From the NCBI GenBank assembly GCA_039096225.1, contig JBBPEB010000017.1:806001-870000 (forward strand): a stretch of 64,000 nucleotides of DNA. Direction: 5' to 3'. Every line of letters starts with the position of its first letter. Position 1 is the first letter of the stretch. Positions 47,801 through 64,000 of the stretch are shown here, piece by piece. Made by a program: the position numbers and the translations under genes. The DNA is from Blastocystis sp. Blastoise (Eukaryota; Protista; Bigyra: Opalinata). The notes under the pieces were generated by a model. It did no database searches and was not told the DNA's origin. It saw only the letters and a program-made list of their open reading frames with translations.

Positions 47801-47955
47801 CATATTGATCCATTTTATATTACCGAGGAAAACTGAATATAATCGTTCTTTAGTATAAAAAATAATCAGTTATGTTTAACCATTTTCCAGAAAAAAGCCA
47901 TAACTGAGCAAACATAACTCAAAATTCCCCGCGGGAATGAAATTTGAAGTCTCTA
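44817..47955 (-). mobile_element. Complete hAT-superfamily DNA transposon, 3,139 bp, 17-bp TIRs, 8-bp TSD, subterminal CATAACT repeats
   Basis: TAGAGACTTCAAATTTC (44817-44833) pairs with GAAATTTGAAGTCTCTA (47939-47955). TSD TATTTTTT lies at 44809-44816 and 47956-47963. CATAACT occurs three times near each end. Confidence 0.96.
45139..47813 (-). CDS. hAT transposase, ~870 aa, 2 exons (47813-47703, 47640-45139)
   Basis: BED-like finger CLLC...KHLRAMH; catalytic SSDIWS, VTTDKA and DERVFS; CFSH (CxxH); PTRFYS; PPAT. A 62-nt GT-AG intron (47641-47702) links an upstream ATG exon in frame, replacing the TTG start in the ORF track. Confidence 0.9.
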
Positions 47956-47991
47956 TATTTTTTAATACTTTTCTTTTCTATCTTTATTACC

Positions 47992-51103
<3,112 letters not shown>

Positions 51104-51836
51104 ATGATATATATAATAAATATATCTATTTATATATTTTACATCTTATATAAATCATTTATTTTATGATTTCTTTTGTTTGTTTTATTTTTTTTTTGTC
51201 TATTCATTGTTATTTTTCTTTCTATAGTTATATATATTTGTTGTTCTTTATCTTATTATGTGTTTTTGTATATCAATTGTTTTGTTCGTATTTTTATGCA
51301 TTTAATATGATTTATTATTATTATTATATTTATTATTAATTTTATTAATAAAACAAATATAAATACCACAGTGAAACCTAATAGAACTTTGTAACAAAAC
51401 AATAATAAGAAAATGTGATTTATTCACACAAAAAGACAAGAAAATATATAAATAGCTATAGATAAAGAACGAAAAACAAAATATAGAGACTATAAATAAA
51501 TTAAATAAGAATGTTCCTGAAATTATTAAAAAGAAAAGAAGAAAAAAAAAAGAAAAAATGAAAAAGAATCATTTAACAAAACGTGTACAAATTGATAGTA
51601 TCTATATAAAAATAAATAATATTTCATTATTTATAAATATAAAATATATATTATACAAAAATAAATTTTAAAAATGACAGAAAAAAATATATTTATATAT
51701 TAAAAATAGTCATATATATATATATTAAAAGTCAGAAAAAGAGATATATATAATTGTATTAATATATTTGATATAAATAATAAACACACATTCATAATAT
51801 ATGTATGTATGTATATAGAATTAATTAATGAATTAA

Positions 51837-52267
51837 TTAATTTTCTGCAGTGATATTTTGAGTGTTATTAGTTATATTTGAAAGTGATTCAGTATCTTTA
51901 TTAAGTATATTCATGTCTGAAATGGAACTATTATTATTTGTTGCTGCAGGTGAAGTAGTAGAAAGAGTAGTAGCGAGAGGTTTCGTTGTATTTATAGTGG
52001 TAGTGATATCTGTATTATTAATAGCATTATTCATACTATTTATAGCATTAATAGTATTATTTATAGTATTAGTAGTATCTCCTATAGAAGAAGGAGAAGA
52101 TATAGAGAGTGGATTAATAGAAATTGAATGAGTTGACGATAAAACAGGAGAAACACTAACGCCACTAGGGAGAATCTCATTGGACGAGGGATTGGCGGGA
52201 ACATTGAGGGATCTATTGGCGGTATTTATAGTATTATTATTGTTATCGGTATTGAATGAATATACAC

Positions 52268-52303
<36 letters not shown>

Positions 52304-52743
52304 ATACAGAATTAGAATTATTTAGATTATTAATAGTATTTAATAAATTCGCATTACTCATATTATTATTATTATTATTCATAGCATTCAATGCATTGAT
52401 GGTATTATTTAATGTATTAATAGTATTATTACTACTGGTATTCGTAGTATTACTCATATTAGAAGAGAGAAGAGGAGAAGGAGAAAGTAGATTCATGGAG
52501 GTAGGAAATGAGTTATTTAGCGTATTTTGAATGGTATCCAGTCGCTTCTTTAACGAATTCTGCGTTTGACTCATTTCGGACATATCGTTGATCATGCTAC
52601 TACTGTAGAATATAGAGTATAGAGGTAGTATAGAGTATATATAATAATATTAATATGTATACTATTATAGAGTATATATATATATATATACTGTAATTCA
52701 GGATTAATAGTTGTTGTATTAATATCAAGTGGAGAATTACTTT

Positions 52744-52782
<39 letters not shown>

Positions 52783-53076
52783 TATCAATGATAATCTATA
52801 TACATAGTCTCCCGGATTGAAGAAGGGTATATCTGTGGGCGTTCGAGACAGAGCACTATTAGACCTTGAGAGAGAGAAGGGATTTCGCTCTTGGGGAGGC
52901 ATTTCATTAAACATATAATCATCTTGAGAAAACGAAGGAACGGAGGGCTCTACCTATATATATAATAATAAATATAATAAATATAATATATATAATATAT
53001 ATAATATATATAATATAATAATAATACCAAGTATAATATATATAATAATAATAACTATAATAATAACCATAATAAT

Positions 53077-53130
<54 letters not shown>

Positions 53131-53902
53131 TAAGTCTTTTTGCAGCAGGAGAGGCACTATATATAAATATATATATATAAAGAATAATCAAATATATTAA
53201 TAAATTTAAAAAAAAATGTTTTTATATAAATGATATAATCAAAATTAATTTATAAATCCATCAATATATATATACATAAGAGAAGAAACAGTATCTTTTG
53301 AGTTGAAAGAATTAAGATAATTGGAAGAGAGAAACGAAGGACTATTAATATTATTATTATTATTCGTATTACTATTCATCGTATTATTATTATTAAATCC
53401 ATTAGGAACATCGACGAGTGGGGTAATGACATTAAATGTATTATTATTAGTATTACCATTATTATTAATATTATTAATGTTATTATTATTATTAGTACCC
53501 ATAGTATTGGTATTATTCGTAGTAGATAGAAGAGAAGAAGGAGAGGATATACTATTACCATTAAATGAATTCGTAGAATAATTAGTATTAGCAGGAGAGA
53601 AGAAAGAGAAGGGATCTGATGATTTTGGAGAGGGTAAATTATAGGGATGAGGAATAAGTTGATTGGATAATGTATTATTAGCATTCATATTATTGGAAGT
53701 ATTTGTAATAGCATTGTTCATATTCCCAAGGTTATTTGTAAGAGAGTTTGTTAAGGGAAGAGAAGAGAGAACCGTAGATAGATCCATTGGAGGCATATCA
53801 TTATTATCATTTGTTAACATCTATTTATATATAGATATATATATTGAAATATAATAGTTCTTAATAATAATAATATTAATAATATTTTATATAATAATAA
53901 TA

Positions 53903-53933
<31 letters not shown>

Positions 53934-55180
53934 CCATTCTGGGTCGAACTCCATTAAGTTGAGGATATACATATGAATATATATTATACACAAAAGCATA
54001 GATCTTTTCCATTTGCTTCTTCATCTCATCCTGTCTCTGTTTACTCTCTAAGAATATATTATATAATACTGCATTATCCTATATATATAGAGAGATATAC
54101 AATCATAAGTATAAGTATAATTATTATTATTATTATTATTATTCGATTAAATATAAGAATTATAATAATAATAAAGTAAATATATATATATATATATAAT
54201 TATTATAATGAATACTGAATAGTATCAACACATATATATATACTTGTAATAATTTATTATATTTCATTTCGATTTCCTCCTGTTTTCTTCTTAAAGAGTT
54301 ATAGTCCTTTATGCATTTATCGGTATTCAACTTCTCACGCTTCACTTCAACTTCTGTACTCTCTACTTGAGGAGCTATATATATATATATATAGTATTAT
54401 GCATATAACTACATATATATATATAGTTATAAGAATAATATTATTATGGAAATCAATAAAAAGTTATATATTCAATAACTAGTCATGAATAATAAATAAT
54501 AATATAATTATAAATAATAATATAATTATAAATAATATAATAAATAATAATAAAAAATAATAATAATAAAAAATAATAATAATAAAAAAATAATAAATAA
54601 ATAAATAATAAAAAATAAATATCTATCTATACTTGGTTTTTGTTTTCCAACTCCAGTCTTTCGTTTTATATGAGCCAACAAATCTACTCGACCTCTTTTA
54701 AACATAGGATGCTGAAACTCGCGCCAATTGGGATCTATATAAAATCATATAATTATTATACTTATACTAAAAAAATAAAATTCTTAAAATAAACAATATA
54801 TATTCAACTAATTCTTTCTTTACACATACCTTGACGAGTTTTATGAAATCCATACATATTTAATTGACGAACAAAAGAAGCGAAATTTCCATGTTTAAAA
54901 TATTTAGGAAGTACGGTTTGAGAGAATTCTTCAACCTATTTAAATGACATTCAGTGAAAACATAATAATTATAACATACTTTTTCAATAAGAATAGCATC
55001 TCCAGCATCGTTCCAACGAACAATATTTTGAAACTGATTATTATGCATAATCGCAAAGGTTTTCGTTAAGAAAGCAGGAATAATTTGTCCTTTAGTCGAT
55101 TCTTCATCTTCAAATTCATCGTCCATGGGCATAGCATCACTTTCATTCACTGGTAGTTCTTCTTCATGTGTACGCTTCAT
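51837..55180 (-). CDS. HSF: Heat-shock-factor (HSF) family transcription factor with coiled coil and Asn/Ser-rich C-terminus
   Basis: PAFLTKT...[54 protein letters not shown]. Confidence 0.93.
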
Positions 55181-55829
55181 CGTTAAATACACTTTAGAAA
55201 AACCAGATATTCGTTTAGAAATAATATATATATTTGTATAGGAAAAACAAAGAACTTTTTTCTACCCCCTAACGAAAGCCTTTTATTATTTACGGGGATG
55301 TTTTTATTTTCTCTACAAAATTAATATTTTTAATTTTGTTACGCAAATTCGTTTAACTTTCTGAATTCAAATTCATATATATCTGAATAAATCTGAGTAT
55401 TTCCCAGTAAAGGCTACTTTGTTTTTCTATTCTTATACAAATATATTTATTTTATCTACTTATTCATTGCAAAACAATAATTTAATTTTAAGAAATGATG
55501 AAAAAAAATGCATCATTATATTATAATGAAATTCAAAAGTTGATGTATCTTTTATTTTTATTTAAAAATTATTTTTATTATATGGTACTTAGCTAGATTA
55601 TTGAATATATAAAATGTCAACGAAAAGTATTTATGCCAAACAAATTCGTATTTTGCAAAATTCATTTATATAAAATACAATAAAATTAAGATATATAAGT
55701 TTATTTATAAATTAAATGCTAGTTCTTGACATATATAAGCAAGATAGAGTATTTAAATATATATATGTATTAATTATTTTATTTATTTATTTATTTATTT
55801 ATAAATATATATAATAATAATTGTTTCTT

Positions 55830-56632
55830 TTAGAAATATTGAAGAGGTTCTGATTCAACAGAACGAATTACATTCTTAGATTCTTCTACTAACTGCCTAG
55901 TGATTTCATCTATAGTTTGATTAGCTTCAATAGTTTTCCAATTTAATTTAGGTAATTTATTTTTTATTTCCATAAACTTAGAATTGACTTTCCTTTGGAA
56001 TTCTTCCTTTTCATATCGTTCTTCACCAAAACCACCACGTTTCTTTGCATCATCTACAGATAAATATAAATAAAAGATGATATCAGGAAGAGGTAAACCT
56101 ATATCTGGACTTAAACACCAATCAAGATCCAAACCCTTTGCTGCTGAAAACGCTACACCACTTAATACATAACGATCCATGATAATTGTAATTCCATTTT
56201 CAATATCTTTCTTTATAGAATCACTATATAGATGCATTAATACTCTATTCAAATAATAAAATTAATCAAAAGAAAATAAAAGCAAGAACAACGAATGAGA
56301 AACAAAAACAAAAACGAAAATATATATAGAATCTATACTAGAGTTCCCAACGATTTGCAGAAAACAATAAGTGGATAGCACAGTCATTTAAATCAGATTT
56401 ATTTTGGAGATATGAATTGATTTGTTGACCAATTGTAGAATTTCGATCTATAGATGTTATTCTGAATAGTTATTATGCTTTATATTTGATCTATATTATG
56501 AATACCAGGGAAACGATAGAGTTTGCATGGAATGTGATAGGTGTCTTGTAAATGATGTAATAGAGAAAGTGTCTGAGTTGTTTTTCCTGCTCTATCACAA
56601 CCTTCCAATAGAATTATCGCTCCACGTTTCAT
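55830..56632 (-). CDS. DTYMK: Thymidylate (dTMP) kinase, 3 exons
   Basis: [72 protein letters not shown]. Confidence 0.96.
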
Positions 56633-57051
56633 AGGATAACCAAAAAGACTGATAAAATTTGAAAAAAAAGTGTTTCAAGAAAACTATTGGGGCAACAACG
56701 TCAAATAATCCATTTATTCGTGTTTTTCCTAATTTTTATTTAAATTATTATCTCTACTGTTAATAAGAATTATGCATGAAAAAAAAAGGAAATGCAACAA
56801 TGAAAAAAATAATAATTTCTATTATAAAGGAAAATAATACATTTCCAGTAAAAAAATAGTGTCATTTTCAGATAATAATGTCTAAATGAGAGTATTAAGC
56901 AGATGATTGAAACTATAGTCATATTTATTAATAAAATATTGATTTATATACTAATGAACAAGAATTCAAAAGAAATGAATAGCAAAAAAAAAGTTGAAAA
57001 TCAAAAAAGAATCAATATATATAGATATATATGTTCCATCTATATTTTATT

Positions 57052-57638
57052 TTAATCAATAGAAGCATGATTGCGTCTACGAAGTTTGTTAGATTTCTTT
57101 TCTACTGATGAATTTTCAGTTACGTTGTTTTCATTAGACTCCACTGTTTCAGTTAAAGCCTTTGATTCTTCAACAATAGACTCTTGTTTCTCTACTTCAG
57201 ATTCTTCTTCTTCAGGTTTTTTATCTTCAGATTTTTCAACTTCAGGTTTTTTATCTTCAGATTTTTCATCTACGACTTCTTCGGATGTTTCTATTTATAT
57301 TTAAAAATAATAATAATATTACTTTTATGAATAAATAACTTAAATTGATGTTTTTAAATATATAGAGAGTATTTTTAACGATAATATAAATTCATATAAA
57401 TAAAGAAAAAGGATACTTGTTTCTTGAGATTGTTTGTTTTCTTCTAAAAATAGGTGAAATCAGATGAGATAATATTTTATAAGCTAGTGATCAACATACC
57501 CTTTGTTGCACTGTAGTAAATGACGATGAAAAGAACAATTGCAAATGCAAATGTTCCTAATAAAAGATATATGTTGGAACCAGTGTTGCCTAATAGCATA
57601 TTTGTAATGAACAACTCAGATTTAGTTTTAATAGACAT
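57052..57638 (-). CDS. Small single-pass membrane protein (~134 aa) with acidic tail and C-terminal LRRR, 3 exons; function unknown
   Basis: Spliced: MSIKTKSELF...IYLLLGTFAFAIVLFIVIYY (TM) SATKEENK...SEDKKPE x2...KLRRRNHASID*. Confidence 0.7.
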
Positions 57639-58813
57639 GTTTTAAGACAGAAATAGAACAAGAAAAAATATACTAAATATTACCGTGAAAAACACAACTA
57701 TCTGTAAGATCATTATTCCAGGGGATAGAATTTCCATTTAATAGAATCAATTAATAAGTCTGATCAATATCCCCTCCATAGAAGTAAACTTTCAGCTCGA
57801 AAAAGAAAAGAAAAAACAAATAATAGTGTTTCGATTCTCTTTTGGATAACGATACTTTTTCTTAATATTACATGTTTTGCCACTAATAGTTGAAGTTCTT
57901 TTATCATATATATTTTATATCATTTGTTATTTGTGTTTCTATTGAAATGTCTAAAAAAAATCAATCAATTATCTCTGTCAAAGAACAATTATTTTTATGT
58001 ATCATAATCAATATATTGTACTTATTGCATATTCAAATTCTTTATACTAGCTTAAATTCAGAGATACTGTGTGTTCTATGTTTCAATAAAGAATCACCGA
58101 TCACACTCTATGTTTTTGCTTTATATGCAGTGTATTATATGTTGTGCGTGTAACTATCATATCATAAAAGAGAAAAATACCATTTTATTAAAAAAATGAA
58201 TAAAATTTTTTATAAAAAAAAAATAAATTATTTTTCTGATATTTTTTTATACAATTCTGAAACATGTATAAATTATAAAAAAATAATATTTGTATTTATA
58301 TCATTATTTTATGATATATATTCAACGTAGTTTTTGTAAAATAACTCATGGAATCCATTCTTTGGAGTGTATTATTATTATTTTAACCTTTTTAACCAAA
58401 TTGATATTTACTCGAAAACAATTAATTAATTTTAAACAGAACAAAAAGTCTAAATGAGAAATCTATAACAAAATGAAACTTTTATAAATGATAACAACAA
58501 CTATTGTTTAAAAGCTAGTTCCTTCGTCTTTTGTAAAAATGAATAAAGCATAATTTAGACCTAGTTAAATGAACTGTACAGTAAATAATGAGGAAAAAAA
58601 CTGAATTGATCTCAGTATTACTATTTTTTTTACGAGAATTCTCAACTCATCTCTGGAAACAAAATGAAAAAAAACCATTTTTCTATAGAAAAAAGTAGGA
58701 TCCCCAAGAATATGTACAGAAAAAGAAACTGTATATCCAAAAGAAAGACTCAGTTTGTTTAATAAAAACTTTTATTATTTATTTGTTTTATATAAAATTT
58801 ATTTCAACTTAAA

Positions 58814-59333
58814 ATGGGTTTATTTAAGTCTAATCCAGCTCCTATTCCTGTCGATGATCTTATGCATTTAGCTGCTATTGAGTGTGAAAAAGCAACTAAC
58901 ACCAAAAGAAACACAAGTATAAAGAAGACCAAGGATTTGTTACGTGTGATTAGTGACGATGCTTGTAGAGTTGATAACGATGTAACTCAAATCATTAAAT
59001 TGTCAAAGGAATGTGTAGCCTTTAAAGTATTATCTAACTCTTTACGTGTTTGCAAGGATAGAACCGTATGCTATTTATGATTATTTTTTATATTCTTTTA
59101 TCATTAAATATATTAATGATAATATTATTGTAATTTTTTAAAATTTTTACTATTTTTTTTTAATAGAATGACTTAAAGAAGAATAATGAAGTTCCTGCTG
59201 ATTTAGTCACTGATGTCGCTACAATATTATTCTGTAAAAGTAAGATCGAATCTCAATACCTTAACAGAGTATGATTATTTATAGTTTTTATTATTTTTTT
59301 TATTATTTATTTTTTAATAATATTTATTATTTA

Positions 59334-59384
<51 letters not shown>

Positions 59385-60595
59385 AAATATAGGTTTGTTT
59401 AGCCTTAGAAGAAAAGTTTGGTGAAAGAACTTGTAACGCTCTTAAGAAGGGCAACAACGTTCATGCCGATGCTCTTGACGCATTCTCATCAACTGTATAT
59501 ATTATATTATTTTATTATTATTAGATTTATTTACTATTAACATTTTCTATTCCTCGTTCTCTTCTATAGATTATCTCTGATGAAGAAAAGGGTGCTTTCC
59601 TTATAGATCTCCTTAATAAGAATCAATTTGTTCCTAGTATGTATTCTCTTGATATATCTTTATATAAAATATCTTTATTTTCTATTCTTTATTTTTCTTC
59701 TATTTTTACATTTGTTTTTACTCTAGATGCACGTGCTCAAGAACTTATAGATCTTGCTCAGCCTTCTGTTCCCTCTATTGATTCTCCTTCCAATGGTGGT
59801 AACCAAACTCCTTCTTATCCTCCCTCTTATGGTGGTAACCAAACTCCTGCTTATCCTCCTCCTTATGGTGGTAACCAAACTCCTGCTTATCCTCCCTCTT
59901 ATGGTGGTAATCAAGCTTATCCTCCTTATGGTAATCAAACTCCTGCTTATCCTCCTCCTTATGGTAATCAGACCCCTAGTCCCTTCCCTGCTCCTTATGG
60001 TAGTCAAACTCCTTCTTCTCTTCCTCCCTATAATAATAATGCTCCTAGTCCCTTCCCTGCTCCTTATGGTAATCAAACTCCTTCTTCTCTTCCTCCTCCA
60101 ACTGCCAACACTTTCCAAGAACCTTCGTTCCCTCCTACTGGGCCCATTCATAATAACGATATCCCCACGGGAATGACACACGATGGATGCCCTAATTGTG
60201 GTTATCAAGGCAATAATAATATGCCTCCTCCAGGTCCTATGAACAATATTCCCATGGGATTTAATGCTCTTCCTCCTGTCAGTTCTCAACCTACAAATAT
60301 TAATCAATACGGTAGTCTCCCTCCTGCTCCTAACTCGAATTATGGCAATGCTCCCAATATCTTTGGTATATAATTATTATATTTATTTATTATATTTATT
60401 ATTTATATTTATTTATATTTATTATATTTATTATTTATATTTATTTATATTTATATTTATTTATTTATTATATTTATTATTTATATTTATTTATTTATTT
60501 ATTTATTTAAAAGGTATTTCTATATTCTTCTTTATTCTATAATATCTATTCCTCTATATATTCTAATTATTATTATTATTTTAGGTGGACACTAA
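58814..60595 (+). CDS. IST1-like ESCRT-III-associated protein with Pro/Tyr-rich repeat tail
   Basis: Helical N-terminal domain (VTQIIK...AFKVL...VATILFC...LEEKFG...FLIDL) resembles Ist1. It is followed by GGNQTPAYPPPY repeats, and the final micro-exon (60585-60595) gives GGH*. Confidence 0.65.
59795..60100 (+). repeat. Coding tandem repeats (27-36 bp, GGNQTPAYPPPY type)
   Basis: Repeated ggtggtaaccaaactcctgcttatcctcc units. Confidence 0.9.
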
Positions 60596-61360
60596 GCATA
60601 TAACTACGATTTAAAATTATTTTTTATATTCAGTCTTTCAGTATATTGATCTTTATCTTGTCAGTTGCATATTCATATATTATCCATTCTTTTATATCTT
60701 TATTTATATTGTTACTGTTGTTCTATTTCTATATGTAAACTAATCTGTCACATATTTTCTATAAACATTGTTTAGTAAAGAGTTTATTTGTAATTTTCAT
60801 ACAACAGTATTATATGAAACATTTTCATTTGCTATCAACATTAAAAGATCATGACATTTAAAAAATAACGACAGATCTTTGACTGCTATGAAATCTTTAA
60901 TGCAATTATGATTACCCTAAAAATCCAGTAATGATTTATTAAATTTATTCAAATGTATCTCCATGGTACAGTGATATTCGTAAACCGTTTTCACACACCT
61001 AATAAAACAAAAAAATCAAATTGTATTAAATAAAGTATTCTAAAACAACTTTTTCATTTAAAATATTCAAACTAATTCATCATATAGATAAAATAAATCC
61101 TAATAAAAAGAAATAGCTCATTCTAAGAATAATTAATCAGTATTAAAAAAGCTCAGTAAAATGGATCCCATAGAAATTCAAATATATATAATGTCCAATC
61201 TATATACTTTTATTCAACACTACATTATACGAAAAACACGCTTCTCTAAAACGTTATAAAATGGTGTGTCATAACCAATTCCCATTTCATTTTTGTTTTT
61301 ATTTCTATATACAATTATTAGTACTTGCTAGATTGCATTTGCATCATAATTAGCTGATCT

Positions 61361-62162
61361 ATGAAGTATTTGTTTTTCAATCCACAATTAATTCCCTAGA
61401 ATTTTACTATTCATTGTATTTGTTGTACTTGTTGAATGTCAACTCAACATAATAGGTATTCAATTGTATATTCAATTACTTAATATAAATTTCTAGATAA
61501 ACATCAGGTGTTTTTTAATGAAAAAACAATATTTCTGATCTCAAAACCACTTCATTCAGCATTACACGCATCAAACGATAATATTATAGTATATCTAAAT
61601 GTATCAAATCATTCTTTAACCGTCGATAAAGGAATCATTTCAAAAGTAATTGTTATTTATATATATACTTATGTTATAAAAAGGATCCTTTGTTGACTCC
61701 CGATTCTGTTATTTCTATACATATAAATGAAGACTTATCAGTGTTTCTACATAATAACTATAGTCTCACAATACATGTACTGTCCAATAATAGTATATAT
61801 ATAGTTATATTATTAGTATATATATAATTGTATTATTAGTATATATATAATTGTATTATCTATAATAATCTATACATAACGAGATTTAATGATGTTACAT
61901 AGCTATATAATATTCTATCTAACTATATAATAATTGATATAACAACAAATATAATATTCTATCTAACTATATAATAATTGATATAACAACAAATATAATA
62001 TTCTATATATTATTATATATATATAGAAATACCAGTGATGTCTATTGATATCGCAGAGCATCATACTGATTCAAACAATTTCAGACCCTTTCAGCACATT
62101 ATTCAGTATATATATATTGAATGCTCAACGTCTGCATACTTCTCGCTACTTGTCGAACTATT

Positions 62163-62247
<85 letters not shown>

Positions 62248-62642
62248 CTTTTATATTAGTATATATCACAACACATATATTCATATATATTATATATTAA
62301 TATAGTTTTCATCACTATATTCATACTCAATTATTATTCATAAACGTATTCCATTTCTTCAAAATATTATGATTCAATTCCCACGGGAATCATCACTATT
62401 TCTTCAAGATCCTGTATGTCACTAATACTTATTCATTTATTAATATACATATATATATAGACATCTATTGCAGAAACGGTTTGGAATTGTATTCCAATCA
62501 TTTTGGCAGCACTGTTCGTCACCATGATTGTGTTCTGTTTCATGATCCGAAAGTATATATTCTGTAAATTCTGTATATTATATATATTTATATATAGATA
62601 TATTTCCCATGTTTTTGAGAGTATTTTTCATACATTTCGAAG

Positions 62643-62682
<40 letters not shown>

Positions 62683-62786
62683 TGGTTTATATGATGCCCA
62701 CCTTTGGAGCCCGCTTATTGATATCGACGAATCTCCCGCCACTCCCGCCACTGCCCGCCAATCACCTTCTTTTGACACAAAGATCG

Positions 62787-62830
<44 letters not shown>

Positions 62831-62882
62831 CCCATTTACAGCAGAGTTTATGGATATTAAAAGGAGGTACAGATGGTATATA

Positions 62883-62924
<42 letters not shown>

Positions 62925-63449
62925 TATGTGGATTCGACCCTATTCAATTCCCAAAAGAAATGGACTCAAAAAGTATTGTTATACATATATATATATATAA
63001 CTACATATATATATAGGTTTATATTTTGGTATATTTCGGGTCCTTCTCCTGCTCTTCTGTGGTTGCCCGCCAGTTCATTCCCGGGAATAAGTTTCCCGGA
63101 TATACCTACCGATCTGGCTGCTGTAGCCAGAAAACCGCGGGAAAATAAAGATGTATGGTTTAAAGAAGCAGTATATATAGATGTTTGTTTTTTATTATAG
63201 CTTTTATATATATACTATTCTATATATGTATGTATATATATAATTATATTATTACTACCCTATTATGATTCACTTTGCGTATTATCACAATTATTTTCCC
63301 CTACCTTGAAGGTGGAATCCATTCACAATCCTCACAAAATACGAATCATTCTAAATCGTCGGAATATATATGTCGACTCTCTCCTCGCCTTTGCGACTCT
63401 CTCGGCAGGGGACCTCAGAAAAACAATCAAATTACAATTCACTGGAGAA

Positions 63450-63504
<55 letters not shown>

Positions 63505-63675
63505 TCTTTTTTCTCTGAATATATGTATATATATATTTATATATATAGCCAGGAGTTGACGCAGGTGGTGTCACTCGAGAATGGATTTATTTACTTATTC
63601 GAGAAATATTCACGGGAAAAATTTATTCTCAACCAATCTTTAAGTATGTTTTATTATTATTATTATTATTATCAG

Positions 63676-63774
<99 letters not shown>

Positions 63775-64000
63775 GTTTATTATTATTATGTTTATTATTA
63801 TTATTATATATAGTTATACATGTCGTGGTTATTTAAGTCCCCCAAATATCAAGGAAACAGATGAGCTCAGTAATATATATATATTCATGGGGAAATTGAT
63901 TGGTCGTGCTATATTTGAAGAAATTCCCATTGGACTACAATTTCATCCATTAATGTATTATTATATATATATATATATATATTTACATATCATTATAAGA
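61361..64000 (+). CDS. Signal peptide + transmembrane HECT E3 ubiquitin ligase, 3' end beyond the window
   Basis: Exons join in frame from ATG 61361: [15 protein letters not shown] (signal), [19 protein letters not shown] (TM), [14 protein letters not shown]...[25 protein letters not shown]...[10 protein letters not shown] (HECT N-lobe). Confidence 0.85.

Noticed and set aside
47944-47991. TTG-initiated hydrophobic N-terminal extension of DBP7 starting inside the hAT TIR
   Set aside because: Artefact of alternative-start calling; the ATG at 47992 gives a normal basic N-terminus.
57719-57775. AGGGGATA...TATCCCCT stem as a possible ncRNA
   Set aside because: Only about 8 bp of pairing, with no recognisable snoRNA, tRNA or snRNA boxes.
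59723-60307. Arg-rich antisense ORF (194 aa)
   Set aside because: Antisense shadow of the Pro-rich repeats of the IST1-like gene.

Overview
This is extremely AT-rich eukaryotic genomic DNA in the standard code, with GT-AG spliceosomal introns and gene bodies full of (AT)n, (AAT)n and (TAAAA)n microsatellites. Most short ORFs in the supplied track are repeat artefacts. Hand-splicing supports 16 host genes: purF/ADE4 (5' end only), Tom22, RFC2/Rfc4, SF3B6/p14, a ~4,600-aa RING + Asn/Ser-rich protein, a divergent cullin, PDI, eIF1, NIFK/Nop15, Nup160, Sam50, DBP7/DDX31, an HSF, dTMP kinase, a small membrane protein and an IST1-like protein. A 17th gene, a signal-peptide/transmembrane HECT E3 ligase, runs off the right end. 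There are two complete DNA transposons, each inserted about 30-36 bp upstream of a housekeeping start codon: an IS630/Tc1-type element (166-bp TIRs, TA TSD, D,D33E, AT-hook) and a hAT element (17-bp TIRs, 8-bp TSD, spliced transposase). The most unusual signals are: (1) introns that are nothing but GT(AT)nAG; (2) a GC-rich quasi-palindromic motif (TTCCC-NN-GGGAA / TTCACGGGAA / GGCGGGAA) whose CGGGAA core recurs more than 20 times in promoters and exons; (3) a hAT end that carries this motif at almost the spacing of the promoter copy it displaced; (4) a receptor-like HECT ligase. The organism cannot be identified from the window. The 34-46-nt simple introns and gene content would fit a Blastocystis/Opalinata-like protist, but that is inference only.
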